This document shows, piece after piece, positions 1-13,349 of a stretch of 64,000 bases of DNA (its first letter is position 1; each line of letters starts with the position of its first letter). Source of the stretch: Paraspadella gotoi (Eukaryota; Animalia; Chaetognatha); assembly GCA_051294375.1 (NCBI GenBank), contig CM119267.1, positions 2,098,793 to 2,162,792 of the forward strand, written 5' to 3'. The notes beneath the pieces were generated by a model. It made no database searches, was not told where the DNA came from, and worked only from the letters and a program-made list of their open reading frames with translations. The translations under genes and the position numbers were made by a program.

Positions 1-8
1 TTTTCATT

Positions 9-180
9 GTTTGTTTATGTACGAGTTTTATTAAGAAACATCAATTTCGGACATGTTTCGGCTTCAATGTAAACCTTCATCAGCTCAAAAACAAATCTGT
101 ATTTGTGCTGATGAAAGCTTACATTGATGCTGAAACATGTCGGAAATTTATGTTTCTTTATAAAACTCGTATATAAACAA
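9..180. repeat. Long imperfect inverted repeat; each arm carries a degenerate hammerhead-like core (Penelope-like remnant)
   Basis: 9-95 is approximately the reverse complement of 96-180. Both arms contain CTGATGA...GAAACATGTC. Confidence 0.6.
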
Positions 181-768
181 TTCATTTTCTACCTCAAACA
201 TAAAAATAGCAATTAAAATAAATTTAAAACAATTATTATTTATTATAAAATTCATATTACTGAACAAAAAAAAATGTATATTATTTCGCAAACTGAGACT
301 CGACGCTAGAGGGAAAACAAAATTAAATGGATTAACAAAGCACCGACCGGTAATAGCTAAAGTTGGTTAGGGACGTCGAATAGTAAAGTTACCCGCAATG
401 GCTAATCAATAATTAATTACATAGTCATTAAAGCAATCTACATAGCTCCTCCTACTCCCTTCAGCTGTCCCCTTTCTCCTCAAGCTTCGATCGCGCAAGT
501 TGCGCGTGAGGTTGGATCGTTCTAGACGTTGCTGTCGCCCTCAGCCATGCTTCAATGGCTGAGCGGGCTAAATCTTCTTTAGTATCATTAACTAATTGAT
601 CTAACGTATACATGACTTGAGTATTACTCACTGAGTAAACAAAATATAAGATTTGCCTCTTATCGCATATCCGAAATTTTATTTTGCTTTGCATTTCATG
701 ACAAAAATTACCAAATAAAAATTTACTACCCGCCGGTTAAATTAACAAGCAAAATAATTAAACTCAGT

Positions 769-3700
769 CTATTCACGAATTCCTGCGTCTTGAGCGAGGG
801 CGTGGAAGGCCGACCCTTTATCCGCGAGAAGAGTCCTGGGTTCGCCCTCTTCGACCACGCTCCCTCCGTCGAGGACGATGACCCTGTCATAATCCACGAC
901 CGTGTTGATCCTGTGGGCGATGGCTATCACCGTCCGCCCGGCGAGCTCTTCTCTGATCGCCCTCTGCACCAACGCGTCCGTCTCTGGATCCACGGCCGCC
1001 GTCGCCTCGTCAAGTACGAGTATCTTGGCGTCTCTAAGCAACGCCCGCGCCAAGCAGAGAAGTTGACGCTGCCCGGCGGAAAGGTTTTCCCCGCCCTCGA
1101 CGCAAGGATGGTCGAGTCCTTCGGGCAGACCACGGACGAAAGAGTCGAGATGCGCCGCGGCCAACGCCCTCCAGAGATTGGCGTCGTCGCGGGCCCCGAA
1201 AGGATCCAGATTGGCTCGAATCGTTCCGCTGAATATGATTGGATCTTGGGGGATGACGGCGAGCCGTTCTCGCAAATCGTGGAGTCCAAGAGTCGAAGCG
1301 TCACGCCCGTCGATTGACACGTCTCCCGTTTCCGCCTCCAGGATGCGGAAGAGAGCGAGAACAAAGGAGGATTTTCCGGCTCCAGTGCGACCGACAATGC
1401 CGACGCGTTGCCCGCCAGTGACTGACAGACGGAGGTTCTTTAAGGCGGGCTCCAACTCCGGTCTGAGGAGAAAAGGACGGGGCCTTAAGTCAAATCTCAA
1501 AAATTCTGTTCCCTTATTGTCTGTGACACCTCACGCCTTAACGACTCACCTGTATCGCACTGTGAGACCCTCCGCTTCAATGCCGCCCCGTTCCGGCCAA
1601 TTCGCCGGAATCTCGGCCGATCCCTCATTTCTCCAAGGCGCCTCCGTCTTGATCGCCGAATATTCCTCCAGCCTTTCCACAGCGACGAGGTCGTTCTCTA
1701 GCTGAGACACGAGGCGGATGGCGTGACCGAAGACTGGCATGAGGTTGATGGCGTAAGCTACGGCAAGTCCGGACTCGCCCGCCGTCGTGTCCGAGCTGGC
1801 GACCGAGTAGAGAGCCGAGAAGAGAAGAACCCCTGATGCGAGAAGTTCGAGGACAAGGGCGAGCCATCGATCCGCTGTCCACATTGGAAAGGAAGCCTGC
1901 GATACATATGGAGCCATAAAAGTATTGAGTCATCTAATAATTAAAATAATATGAAATAAATTGTATTAAGTCATAAATTTTCGAAGATATTTTTTTTCAT
2001 TTTTTCGATCAAAATATTTCATTTTCCGATTCGGTTCCCATCACAAGATAAGAAAAATATTTTTTGAACCTTATATTATAAGTTTGTGGCAGCAAGACTT
2101 AAAGCTGCCTCACTGCTGTCCGTCCTCAGCCTCGTCTCAATGGCTGAGCAGGCTAAATCATCTCATTCCATCCGTGCGTCCCGGGTTCAATCCCTGGGTA
2201 TCCCGGTTCTGGCTTAAATGTGACGGTGCCGGTATAAACATGCCAGTGACAGGAGGCGGTCACTGAGGGTCCGCAGCCCCTACGCCAGTTGGTGAGATAC
2301 CCCGCGCCCCGGGTATCACAGGTTATCCTCCCGTTGCCATAAGTTATAATTAAACTACCACACTTATATTATCATTATTAAATTTCTCCAATAAAATTTT
2401 TGTGAGCGAGAGCTCCACCTTAGCCTACAAAGGAGCCTACCAAGGAGGTTCCTAATTGACCTCACCTTCAAACTTCCTTCGACTCGCTTGACGCATTCTT
2501 CCTCGAACCTCCGCTCCGCCCCGAACGCTCTGACCACGCCCACTCCGCGCAGCGTCTCCGCCAAATGAGAAAAGATGGGCGAACGCGATGCGGACTCGAG
2601 TCGCCGCAGCTGCCGCGCAGTAACGATGTATAGACGCTGGACGACGGCAAAGACGACGACGACGAAAGGGACGACGACGAGGAACCACGGTTTAACGACG
2701 GCGACGACGACGAAGGACGCGACGACGTAGAGAACCGCATTGGCGGCGCCGAAGAGATTGTCCGGCAACCGGACATCCAACGACTCAACGTCCGCGGAGA
2801 ATCGGTTGAGAATTCGACCGAGAGGCGTGGCTTCGTAGAAACTCATCGGTAGCGCCGCCACGCGGTCTGTCAAGCGAGAGTGAAGCCGGCGGGAGGCGTT
2901 GGATGTTCCCACGGCGCGAGCGAGGCTGGCGGCGCCAAAGGCCAAAGAGGCGGAGACGCCGAGAAAGTCGTAGACAAGAACGCGGTGGATTGTGGAAGAT
3001 GGGACGGATTGTGGATACTGGATGGGGAGAGGGGTGGTCGAAAACTTGTACTTTTAACCCCCCAAAAAAGTTAAAATCATTGACCCCTGCCTGGTAGAAT
3101 CTTCCATCGGTAGAGACGTTGCGTGGTTCCGACCCGTTCCAACTTGTTCTCAACTCCTGAGCCACTTCGTCCGACCAACTCTTCAGCCAAAAGTTTGACG
3201 TCGTCTCAAAGATTCTCATGGAGACCAGGGCGGCGACGGTTGTCATGGAAACCACCCATCCCATGGAGACGAGATAACCGAGGAACGTTTGGAGTTCGAC
3301 GCGGCCCTTTTTCGTCTCCTCGTCTTGGATCAACTTGCCGCACGATCCGTTTTGAAGGCAGGAAATTTTCTCGCCGGTTTTCGTTACTCTGTTTTACGAA
3401 GAAGCATTTTTTTTTATTAATCGATATTATTTTTAATGTAGAGTTTTTATACTATTTTGTTTTAGAGTCGTGATTTTCGCAAAAGGAACAGTCAAATAAC
3501 ACAAAATGGTAATTAATTAATTAATATTAATTAATTAATAATAATTACTAATTATGTAGATATTTTTTCGTTTTATTTTCTTATACTTTGCTTTCATTTC
3601 AAAATATCTAAAACCGCGGTCGAAGAAAAGTTGCCAGTTGCAAACATTTTCGTAATTTTTAAAGAATATATCTACTTTGCCAACGAGCGGAGAAATAAGA

Positions 3701-4610
3701 AATATTGGTTTAATATTACTAAAATAAAGTTGCTGAACCCAAATCGCTTCCTCGAACTTACCTTAAAATGATCTCTTCCTCACTTTTCCACTCCGTCACG
3801 CTCTCCACAAAAGCCGCAAACGCTCGTCCGCTCCTCCTGAGCTCTTCAAAACTCCCTCGCTCCTCTATCCCGCCCCCCTTGAGCCAGAGGACCTCGTCAA
3901 CATCGGGCAAATACTGCACGGCGTTGGTGACGAGGATGCGAGTCTTGCCCGACAGAAGCCCGCGCGATGAAGACAAGACTCTCTCGAAGATGTGACGTCC
4001 CACGTGTGCGTCGACGGCGGCTAGAGGATCGTCCAGAAGATATACCTCGGCGTCAGCGTAAATCGCTCGAGCCAATGAAACGCGCAGTTTCTGTCCGCCA
4101 GAGAGGGTGACGCCTTGCTCGCCGATCTCGGTCTCGTCACCGGCGGGGAAGACGCGCAGATCCGGCGAGAGTGCGCATGCGTCGATGATGGCGGCGTAGC
4201 GTTGTTCGTCCATCGGAGAACCAAAGAGGATGTTGTCTCTTTTTTAGGGTTGAGAATGTGTGGGGGAAATAATTCATTATTTAATAAACAAACCGCCCCC
4301 TTTAAGTCTTTCTCAACACACACTTGACTGTCGCGTTTTGAATCCACGGATTCTGAGAAACGAACGCGCGACGCGGCGCTACGCGGACGTCGCCGCGTAT
4401 CTTCGTCATCTCTCCCAAGAGGGCGCGGAGCAACGCGGATTTTCCGGCGCCGACGAGGCCGACGACGGCCAACATCCGGCCGGACTCGAGGTCAAAGGTC
4501 ACGTCTTTGAGAATCGGGTGAGCGTCGCGTCGCCAGGCGAAGGAGGCTCGAACCAGGCGGACAGCTAAGCCTGACGGGAGATAAAAAATGTCGTGGATGG
4601 GAGATATTTA

Positions 4611-4692
<82 letters not shown>

Positions 4693-7600
4693 TTGTTTCT
4701 GTCTGTTTGTCTTTCTTTCTTTCTTTTCTACATTTTTTATTCTTTTGTTTCTGTCTGATTGTCTTTCTTTCTCCTACTTTCTTTCTTTTGTTTCTGTGTG
4801 TCTTTCTTTCTTTCTTTATCCTACTTTATTTTTTTCCATCTTTCTCTCTTTCCTTTCATTTTCTCCTCATTCTTTTCCTTTTCCTTTTCCTTTCCTTTCC
4901 TTTCCTCTTTCCTTTTTTCTCCATTTTCCTTTCCTCCCCTTTTTTCCTCTCCTTCAACCTCTCGGCGGGTCTCTCCTCACGTCCTCCCTCCTAATCTCTT
5001 CCCCGCCCACGACGCTGTCGATCCTTCCCGCTGCGACGCCGAGCTGAGCTGCGCTGACGAGCGCCGTCGGCAGAATCCAGAGCGGAAATCGAAGCCCGTT
5101 GAAAAGGGCGAGGGAGACGAAGGCCTTGGCCGGCGTCAAAGGGGCGCCGGTGAGAGCGAAGACGGAAAAAGAGACGACGCCGACGACGATGGGCGCCGCG
5201 GCGTAGAGAAAAGCGACGCCGGCGAGCCAATAGAGTTGACGCCTCAACAAGTTGATCTCTTTGTCTCTGACGTCGCTGATTTTGGTGACGAAGGAAGATT
5301 CCCACGCGTAGAATTTTAGAGTCTGGAAGAAGGGCAGAGTGGAGCGTTCTTTGAAATGAATAGCCTTTTATAAAATATAAGGGCGTAAATATACTAAATT
5401 TACAATAACAGTTAAGTTAAGGGAAAAAGAATATACTAACATGATAATTTCAGCAGGAAAAAACACTCGAAAAACTCTCAAAAAAAATAAAATACCTAAG
5501 AATGAGAAATTTTCAATAAAAAATAAGTACAAATGAAAAAGAAAAACTTATATTGATTTGAATAGTAATTAAATAGATAGCATTTTAAAATAAATCCCTC
5601 ATTCTCTCACCTTAATTCCGCTTAACATTTCTTCAACCAATTTGACTCGTTCGTCTTTCAACTTCATATTTCGACTCTGAAGATTTTTGACTCTCGACAT
5701 GAAGTAGACGTTGAGCGGCAGCAGGGCCGCCATGCAGGAGACGCCGCCGAAAGCCGCGGCGGCGCCGAGTTCCCCGTGCAGCAGCCACAGGGCAACGCCG
5801 AGGTGAAGCGGCGTCATGAGGCCGACGAGAATGAACGGCGTCGTCAGGACGAATTTGTGGGCATCGACGCTCATCAGATTGACGATTTCGCCGACTGAGG
5901 CGCCGGCGCTGATAGAGGGCGTTGCCGGGGCGCGAGAAGTCGATGCCGGTGCGCGAGAAGTCGATGCCGGTGCGCGAGAGGCCGGTGCCGGTGCGCGAAG
6001 GCTTTTGGCAAAGACCGCAAGGATAGCGGTAGACTGAGCCTAACGGTAGTAAAAATGATTAAATCAGCATAAAAATTAACCATTAATTCAATAAACTATC
6101 TTGCCTCCATGCCAAGCTAATAAAATATAACAGGACCCAAGCTTTCAATCAACTTAAAAAAAACTAAAACTAACAATTAATTAACAATTAATCTAAACGA
6201 TTATTCTTAACAATTAATCTTAAGATGCCTTGAATCCGAGAAAGATGGCGTGCCACCAAAAGTTTTGATTCATGAGACAGGAGCAGACGGCGACACTGCA
6301 GAGCAGCAGCGCGAAGAAGACGCCGCGTGCCGCGTCGTCTTCGCCGCTCTGCCGCTGCTGGACGCTGCGGACGAGCCAGCCGAGGACGAGAGGTTTGGAG
6401 AGTTCGAGGAGGACGTAGACGCCTCGGAGGAGGAGGAGGGAGGCGAGGGAGGACCAATGGCTGAGGAGGAGGAAGGAGGAGAAGGAAGAGGAAGAGGAGG
6501 AAGTTGGAAGGGGGCGTTTCCGACCGTAACGTGGAATCGAGGCAACGCCCTCCTTGGGTTTCTTCATTTCCCATTCTTCTCGACGCTTGAAGCTGCTTTT
6601 CTCGGTAGTCTTCTCGATATCCCTCCAGCTGCTCCTCTCATTAACCTTCCAGCTGCTCCTCTCATTGGCCCTCCAGCTGCTCCTCCAGCTCCCACTCCCC
6701 CTCCTTCCCTCTCTCCTCCCTATCTCCTTCTTCCTCCTCCTCTTCATCTGCCTCCACAAAGTCTTCGGCGCGTATTCGAGCGGAACCTCGTTCAAATCTT
6801 CGACGCCCAACGGATTTCGAAATCCCTTGATCAAAATCGGCGTCAACCACGAAAGCGTCCAACGAGATATCGTCGACGCTCTCTCCATCGGCGCTGCCGG
6901 CGCCGACCGCGCCACGGACAAACCCCACCGCCCGCAGCAGCAGTTGAGCGACAGCGCAATCAGCGACGCCGTCATGGCCGCGTACGCCGTGACGGCGACG
7001 GCGCGCCCTCCATCGGCAGGCGACGGCGGCGCCCCGTCCAACGCCGCCCGCAGATGTCGGTGGAGGGCGTTGAAGCGGCCGAGGAAGGTCAACGTCCAAA
7101 AGATGGCGACGACGTTGGCGAGATAGAGGGAGCGGCGTCGGCGTTGGAGCCGCGTGGCGTAAAGCGCCGTCGCCACCGACGCCGCGAACGCCGCTTGATT
7201 GACGATGACGGAGGGCGACTCGAATACAGGGGGCGTGGAGAGATGACGACGAGAGGTGGCGCGAGAGAGGCGGAGAGAGAGTTTAGTCTGGGATGTGGGC
7301 GGGGCAGGGAAATGGGGGGAGGGAAAGACGTGAAGATTTAATGAGTTAATTCGGGTTTAATCTTTAATTATAAAAGAAAAAAAAACCGGGCTATGAATGA
7401 ATGACCGACTGATTGGTTTTTGGTTAGCCTGTAGCGGGCATCGCCCAGGTGGCGTCTGGAGGGAGAGTCATCCACAAAGCCATTTCTCTACACCCCACTG
7501 GTCTGATTAATTTCTAGATTATAAAAGAATAAATAAAGAAAAGGAAAAAACTCTCTCTCTCTCCCTCTTCCTACGAGCGCACAGACGAAAACAACGAATC

Positions 7601-7868
7601 CCAGACTCTGTTTCGCCACGTGAAAGAGTCTGTCCAGAATCGTCTCTTCCACTCGGACCCACGACGACGAAGACGACGACGACGACGCCGGCTCGAAAGC
7701 CAACGACGCCGCCACGAAGACCGCCGGGATCCAGGCCGCCAGCGAGTCCGCCAGGCACGGGCCGAATCCGGGAATCAGGTCCGACCAAGCGGCCGCCTGA
7801 TCCCAGAAGATGGCGTCTCCGCAGTAGTCGGCCGCTGGGGATGATGTAGTGGAGTTGATGTAGTCCAT
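769..7868 (-). CDS. ABC transporter subfamily C (MRP-like), multi-exon
   Basis: N-terminal MDYINSTT..CGD..FWD (TMD0-like). NBD1 has Walker A GLVGAGKS, signature LSGGQ and Walker B YLLDD. TMD2 has TPLGRILNRFS. NBD2 has GRTGAGKS, LSAGQ and ILVLDEAT. Splice sites join the ORF segments in frame; stop TAG at 769-771. Confidence 0.93.
2085..2341 (+). mobile_element. Short element with TGTGGC...GCCATA termini and 4-bp TSD (AGTT); solo-LTR/TRIM-like
   Basis: Termini form an imperfect inverted repeat with AGTT on both sides. Similar to 54479-54704 (reverse orientation) and, at the 3' end, to 15366-15580. Internal A-box-like TGGCTGAGCAGG and B-box-like GGTTCAATCC. Confidence 0.6.
4615..4950. repeat. 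(TTTC)n microsatellite and pyrimidine-rich low-complexity tract in an ABCC intron
   Basis: Directly visible tandem TTTC units. Confidence 0.9.
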
Positions 7869-8268
7869 CGTCGATTTCGATTTGGTTTATTTTTTATAAC
7901 AAAAGCGGAAAAGAGAGAGAAAAAAAAAAGAAAATTGAACGAAAAACACAAGATATCGAAATCAAAAATCGAAAATTGGGAGATAAGGGAAAAACTCTTA
8001 AGGCCAAAGGATCAATTTATTCGCTGCTTAAGAAAATCGATTAATTAAGCTCGAGAGTCGTCGTCGTATTCGCCCAAAGGCGTCTATTGTATTGGCAGAA
8101 ATTATCAAATATGAGGGTTCTTCACAATTTTTTCAGCTATGAAGTCAATTATGTTGTGCCAATTTAATATATGTATTTATATTTTTTGAATAAAGTCGTT
8201 CCAAAATCGGCTACTTTAGTTTAGTAGTCTGTTGTCTGACAATGTCATTCTCATTGGTTGTTAACGAC

Positions 8269-8346
<78 letters not shown>

Positions 8347-8779
8347 TCTCCATCCAACAGAACCGAGTTGCAAAATTCGTCAAAAACTGTTATCAGTTTC
8401 ACCGGCGAACTGGGATGGGTGAGCGACTTTTACTGCATGGACCCTTGCGAAGAGTTTTTCCTCACTACGTCTTTTCAGGTGAGTTCACGAGGTGGTTGAG
8501 AGATTAAGAAGAAAAGTTTGAGCAAACATGCCGGATCTGCCCACGATAATTAGACTAATTAGAGGTAAGCAGCTAATCAGATAATTAATTAATTATTTAA
8601 TAAATTATTTTTTTTAATTTGTATCAAAATCGTTTTCCAATCGTTTCCCGTCTCGCCTGCCTCAAATCACAAAACAACAATCTCGATCACAAAATTAATT
8701 CATTAGAAATAATTAATTAATTAATTACTTATTTATTAATTAATTAATTAATGCAGCTTGAATATAAAAATAAAAAAGC

Positions 8780-9235
8780 AAGTTTTTTCTTTGACGATTC
8801 CATCGAAACTTTTTTTCCTGCTCAATCACACACTTTCCTACCCACATACAAAATTTGTAGTCAATCGCCCCATTCACTCATGAGTAATTGGCGTTCAAAT
8901 AGTGAAATATATTTTTTGTTCTTTTCCATTTTAACTCATTTCCACTCGGACGATTCCATCGAAACTCCTCCAGCTCAATCACACAGTTTCCTACCCACAC
9001 ACGAAATTTCATTCCAATCCATCAATCAAATCACGAGTAATTGGTGTTTTTTGCTAAGGTTGGAAGGAAGGACAGACAGACAGACGAACATTTTTTTTGG
9101 CATAATTTATCATAATTCGATGTTCTGACATGATATAAGTGAATGCCCGATAAGATTGGGGGGGGCGGACCGACGAACCGACAAAGTGAATTATAGAGCC
9201 GGAATCTGTTGTACTAAGCAGATCCGGCTAAAAAT
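8780..9235. mobile_element. Non-autonomous Helentron/DINE-1-like repeat
   Basis: Shares its terminal block (CATAATTTATCATAATTCGATGTTCTGACATGATATAAGTG...GCAGATCCG.CTAAAAA) and internal ~150-bp repeats with 32880-33955. Has a subterminal hairpin, a GACA microsatellite and an A/T-run end. Class assignment is inference. Confidence 0.6.
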
Positions 9236-9340
9236 GGCTATGGAATATAGCGCAGAGTGAAGGGGCGGGAGCTACTCTCTCTCTTTTTCTCCGTCTCTCT
9301 TTCTTTATCACAATTTTCTGTTAATATTTCACAAATTGTC

Positions 9341-9383
9341 TAAGCACTGATGAAGACTCATAGAGTCGAAACATGTTTGTTTA
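9341..9383 (+). ncRNA. Minimal type I hammerhead ribozyme motif (Penelope-like element type)
   Basis: Stem I TAAGCA/TGTTTA, core CTGATGA, stem II GACTC/GAGTC, GAAA, palindromic stem III ACATGT, and cleavage triplet GTT. Confidence 0.65.
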
Positions 9384-12033
9384 TGAAAATAAAAAATCGT
9401 TGTTTGTAAACTAAATAATTCCTTTTCTCCGTCTCAAAAATTGTCGAACAACTCCGTGTTACTATCTCACTCTCTTTGTTCCTATTTGAATTATCTCCTC
9501 TTTCTTCTTTCTCTGACTTGTATAAATGTTTTTTAGCTCATTATAATTTCTCCTTAACCCTAAACCTCCCCTTAACCATCTCGGCGAAAGTAAAATTATG
9601 CTAAATAAAAATTTTCACACTGTATCCCGAAGCGATATGTCTTTCTTAATCTATAAGTAGTAGTAAAAGCTTATTTATAACTATATCTTTTTCTTGCGTT
9701 TTCAATGACCCCCTCGCCCCTCCCCCTCAACAGGCAATTGCCACCATTGATGCCATGGGCGTTGTCTCCTCTAACATTGTGCAATCCTTCCAACGGGTCT
9801 CGTGTTGCGAAAGACTATTGCGACTCTCTTGAACGGCGAACGAAGGGCGAATGAAGAACGAGTGAACGGCGAATGAATGGCGAAGAGGAATTCGCCGAAT
9901 GAACGGCGAACGAAAGACGAAAGAATCTTTCTATTTATTTGTCAACGATTATTGACAAGATTATTTCTCGAATCTGAGTGAGGATTAAATTATGATAGAA
10001 TTATTCTCGCCAAGCCACTTTAATCAATGCTGATTTATTTATATGTACAGAGGATTTAGGCAAAAAAAATGAGAGTATTAAGAAATTTCCTGATCCTAGA
10101 TCGCTTCGAAAAAGAAAAAAATCGCCCGCCGTTGTTGAAAATTCGTAGCAGGGTTTCCATGTCGAGTTTGACACGAAATAAATAATATAAATTGAAGAGT
10201 GACAGGTTCGAAGCAAAAACCATTCGACATTGTTTGTTTTCATGTTATGAGAATTATGTTTTTATAATTTAAACCAAATTAACTAATCAAAGTTTCAAAC
10301 GAATCTTTTGAAAAAAAAGAAGTTTTTCTAACAATTTTGATTTTTAACATTACATGGAATTGCTGATTAAGATGAAAATTAGTGGGAGTTCGAGGTTTAA
10401 CCCCATTTCAAGTTTTGTCAATACGGAAAGTGATATTATCCAGTCTCCTTACGACTTGAAGACTTAGGATTACGCTAGCATCCTTTGTTTCTCTCTGTTT
10501 CTCGCTGTTTTGTTTTATTTCCTCTAAGAATATTTCATTCTTGCTCGGGAATACCGTTTCCATCATATACACTTAATAAGCCAACTCCTTTACAATGTCT
10601 AGGAAACGACGTGTCCCCGATATCTTAACTGCGGAGACTTTATTATTTGCTCAATCATTTCGCTTAAGATGAAAGCATCAGCATACAATACGTAATCATT
10701 GATGGCGTTTTAACTAATATATCGAGAAATACAATAGTCATCATAATCACAAAAAATTAATCTATTAATATGTAAAACCTTCCGTTTCACTAATTTTTTT
10801 AAATGGGTGTAAATAACAAAATTGTTAAGTTAACATGGGGTAAGCACATTTTTTAAAGATTGTTTTTCAATCTGTTGTTAAAAATCTAGGTAAGAAGTAA
10901 AAACACGTATGGATAGTTTAGAGGGAGAATTAAGCAAATTAATCTCGTTACTTCTGTTGTCCAGGTCGGGATGAACCAAAATCCTTCCAGTTAAATAGAT
11001 GGTAAAGAAATTCAGCTACCAATGAATCTACACTGAATTTGAAGAGTTTGCAGCCTAAAACGACTGCAATAATATTGAGATTAAAATTTGATTAGCAATT
11101 CTTAAAAACAATTTGTAAAAAATGTAATAGAGAGACCATTTATAAAACGCGTTCCAGTTAGAAAGAACAGAGGTTTAAAGTTTTAAAAACGTTCATTTTC
11201 AACGATACAAGTCGAATTTAAAAATGTCTCTCTATTACATTTTTCTAATTCAGTAATAAAAATTCATAAAAAAATATCAGGTGGATTGCCTTTCGTTGAC
11301 CTGCAACTCGTTCAGATAGGTTTCTTTTATTATATTAAATTAAACCATTAAAAATGGGTAGAATGCATTCAAATGCTTTAAAGATTGAATACCATTTTCG
11401 GAATCCCAGGAGCTCACTTCTGAATTTGTACTCCATTTTAGCCTATTTTAAATTGAATGAATGACCCTTTTCTTAATTAAAAAGATTGTTTTCTAAATAT
11501 CAAACAGTGAAAATGATATCGACAAAATTCAATAGCAAGAATACAATTTTTACGAAATACGATGTATGAAATTGGTACAATTGATTCATTTAATAATTCA
11601 TCTGCCCTATCCGTGGACAGGCTATTTTACATGATAAAATACCATAGATAAAGTCCCTGCCATTTTTCACTAAAAAAATAGTTAAATTTATAAGTCTTAA
11701 TTATCCTCATATAACTAATAATAATTATACGTAAAACTACAGCAACTAGTTTCATGTTATTCTTCTTATTACGACACAATAATATATCGGAAAAGTTAGT
11801 TCTTAGTGATGAGAATTATTCATTTATAATAGATAGATTATTAACTAGTTCTCTACGTGTTCATAACTTCCTCATTTTTTCACTATTGATTCCGTCAAAA
11901 ATCCAAAACGAAAATTAAATCGAAGTCAATCCTATTCATATGTAATCTAGTTTTTCTTTCCGTTTTCGAGCTTAATAAACACCGGCAATTTATGCTATCA
12001 AAATTCATTTTTCTTTTCGAGCAAAAATCTGCG

Positions 12034-12999
12034 ATGCTTTCCACTCTCACAATTTGTTTGCTTGCGGTGGCGCTTGGCCGTCGGCCCGCCTTGCTATTTG
12101 CTTTGTCCTCATGGTAAGTCTTTCAAGATGTTAATCAATCGTTATTAATTAATCGTCACATTCTAAAACTTACTTTCATTCGACAACAGACGAATGCAAA
12201 GAGCGATGCACAGTGAATTCTGGGAGTTACAACGAAATCGACATGGGCTGCTTTAGGCGATGCAACCCAGAGTGTATGAACGAGCACTGCCCCGAATGGA
12301 GGTCTCTTCCGAGGCCATGTCACGTGGAATGCTTGTCCAGTAAGTACAGGAGGAAGAAAGTTAGTATCGACGTATTAAATGTACGAGAACAAACCTGGAA
12401 AATCCCAGTCTCAAAATGTACAATTTTGCCAAATGAAGTATATTTTTATCTCCGTAAGGTCATTGCAAAAACCAATGCACGGAAGATTCGGAGAGTGGGA
12501 ACTACCAAGTGATTAACATAGAATGCTTGAGGGACTGCAATCCAATCTGCATGATCCGCGAATGCCCCGTTATGGAAACGAGTGGGACCGCCTTGCTATC
12601 TGCAATGCTACGAAGGTAAGAGTTTTCTAGCAATGAACAATGGCCCGGCTCCGAATTTAGTGGAGATGCAGTGCAGAAGATCCCGATATTATTACAACGC
12701 CCGCTAAAAAAATTGTTTGTATTGTTTAAATTACCAAAATTTCCCCCTCGCTATAAAAATTAGTGCAAACATGTACAATGAGAGAGATATACATATTTAT
12801 TGCAAAGAGAGAGATATATATAATATTATAGATATTCCGTCTACTATTTAACTAGTTTCCTCTCACGTTTTTATTTCAGGGAGCAACGACCTTTGAGGAA
12901 ATGAATGCGAGATCGACCATGGGACGTGGACAGGCATCGATCAGGCATGCTTCAGGGAATGCCGCAAGGAATGCATGGATCGTCAATGCCCGGAATGAA
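12034..12999 (+). pseudogene. Small secreted protein with three Cys-rich repeats; disrupted as assembled
   Basis: Hydrophobic signal-like start MLSTLTICLLAVA and 4 exons with GT-AG introns. Repeats of the form PC(Y/H)xxC...Cx3C...CF/LRxCxxxCMxxxCP. Apparent frameshifts near 12075 and 12567 and an in-frame TGA at 12894. Confidence 0.55.
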
Positions 13000-13349
13000 A
13001 AATGAAGGAGGAATGTCATTTAGTTTGTTTTTTTTTCTTTCAGCAAATAAAAATGACATGATATCTTAATAATGCCCAGTTTTAAATTTGTCGTATCAGC
13101 TATATGTAAATATAGCCATTTTAACTACACTCCTTGATATAAAAAAAATACAAAAAATAATAAGCGATTACCGCGTTCTATTAAAATCTTTAGTCAAAAT
13201 CACGAGAGAACGAATCTAAACTAAAAAATTTGAAACGATGAAAACAAATAATAAAACTAAATCAGGATAAAATCAAAAAGCGAATTAAAAAGAATCAAGT
13301 AAAAAAACAAACATTTTTGATGAAGTATGAAAAACGAATGAGACAAAAA

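Noticed and set aside
530-580. Hairpin ending GGCTAAATC (also near 2125-2160 and 62564) resembling an HDV-like ribozyme P4/J4-2
   Set aside because: Could not build the P1/P3/L3 pseudoknot; more simply a fragment of the repeat family.
3031-3090. Further GC donor (CAG/GCAGGG) in ABCC
   Set aside because: An in-phase GT donor (GTCAAT) lies 6 nt downstream, so the case is ambiguous and was not counted.
6250-7341. 363-aa plus-strand ORF and many similar antisense ORFs
   Set aside because: Shadow ORFs of GC-rich minus-strand exons with no recognisable domains.
8270-8350. ORFs made of ER/SL dipeptide runs here and at other (AG)n tracts
   Set aside because: Translations of microsatellites.
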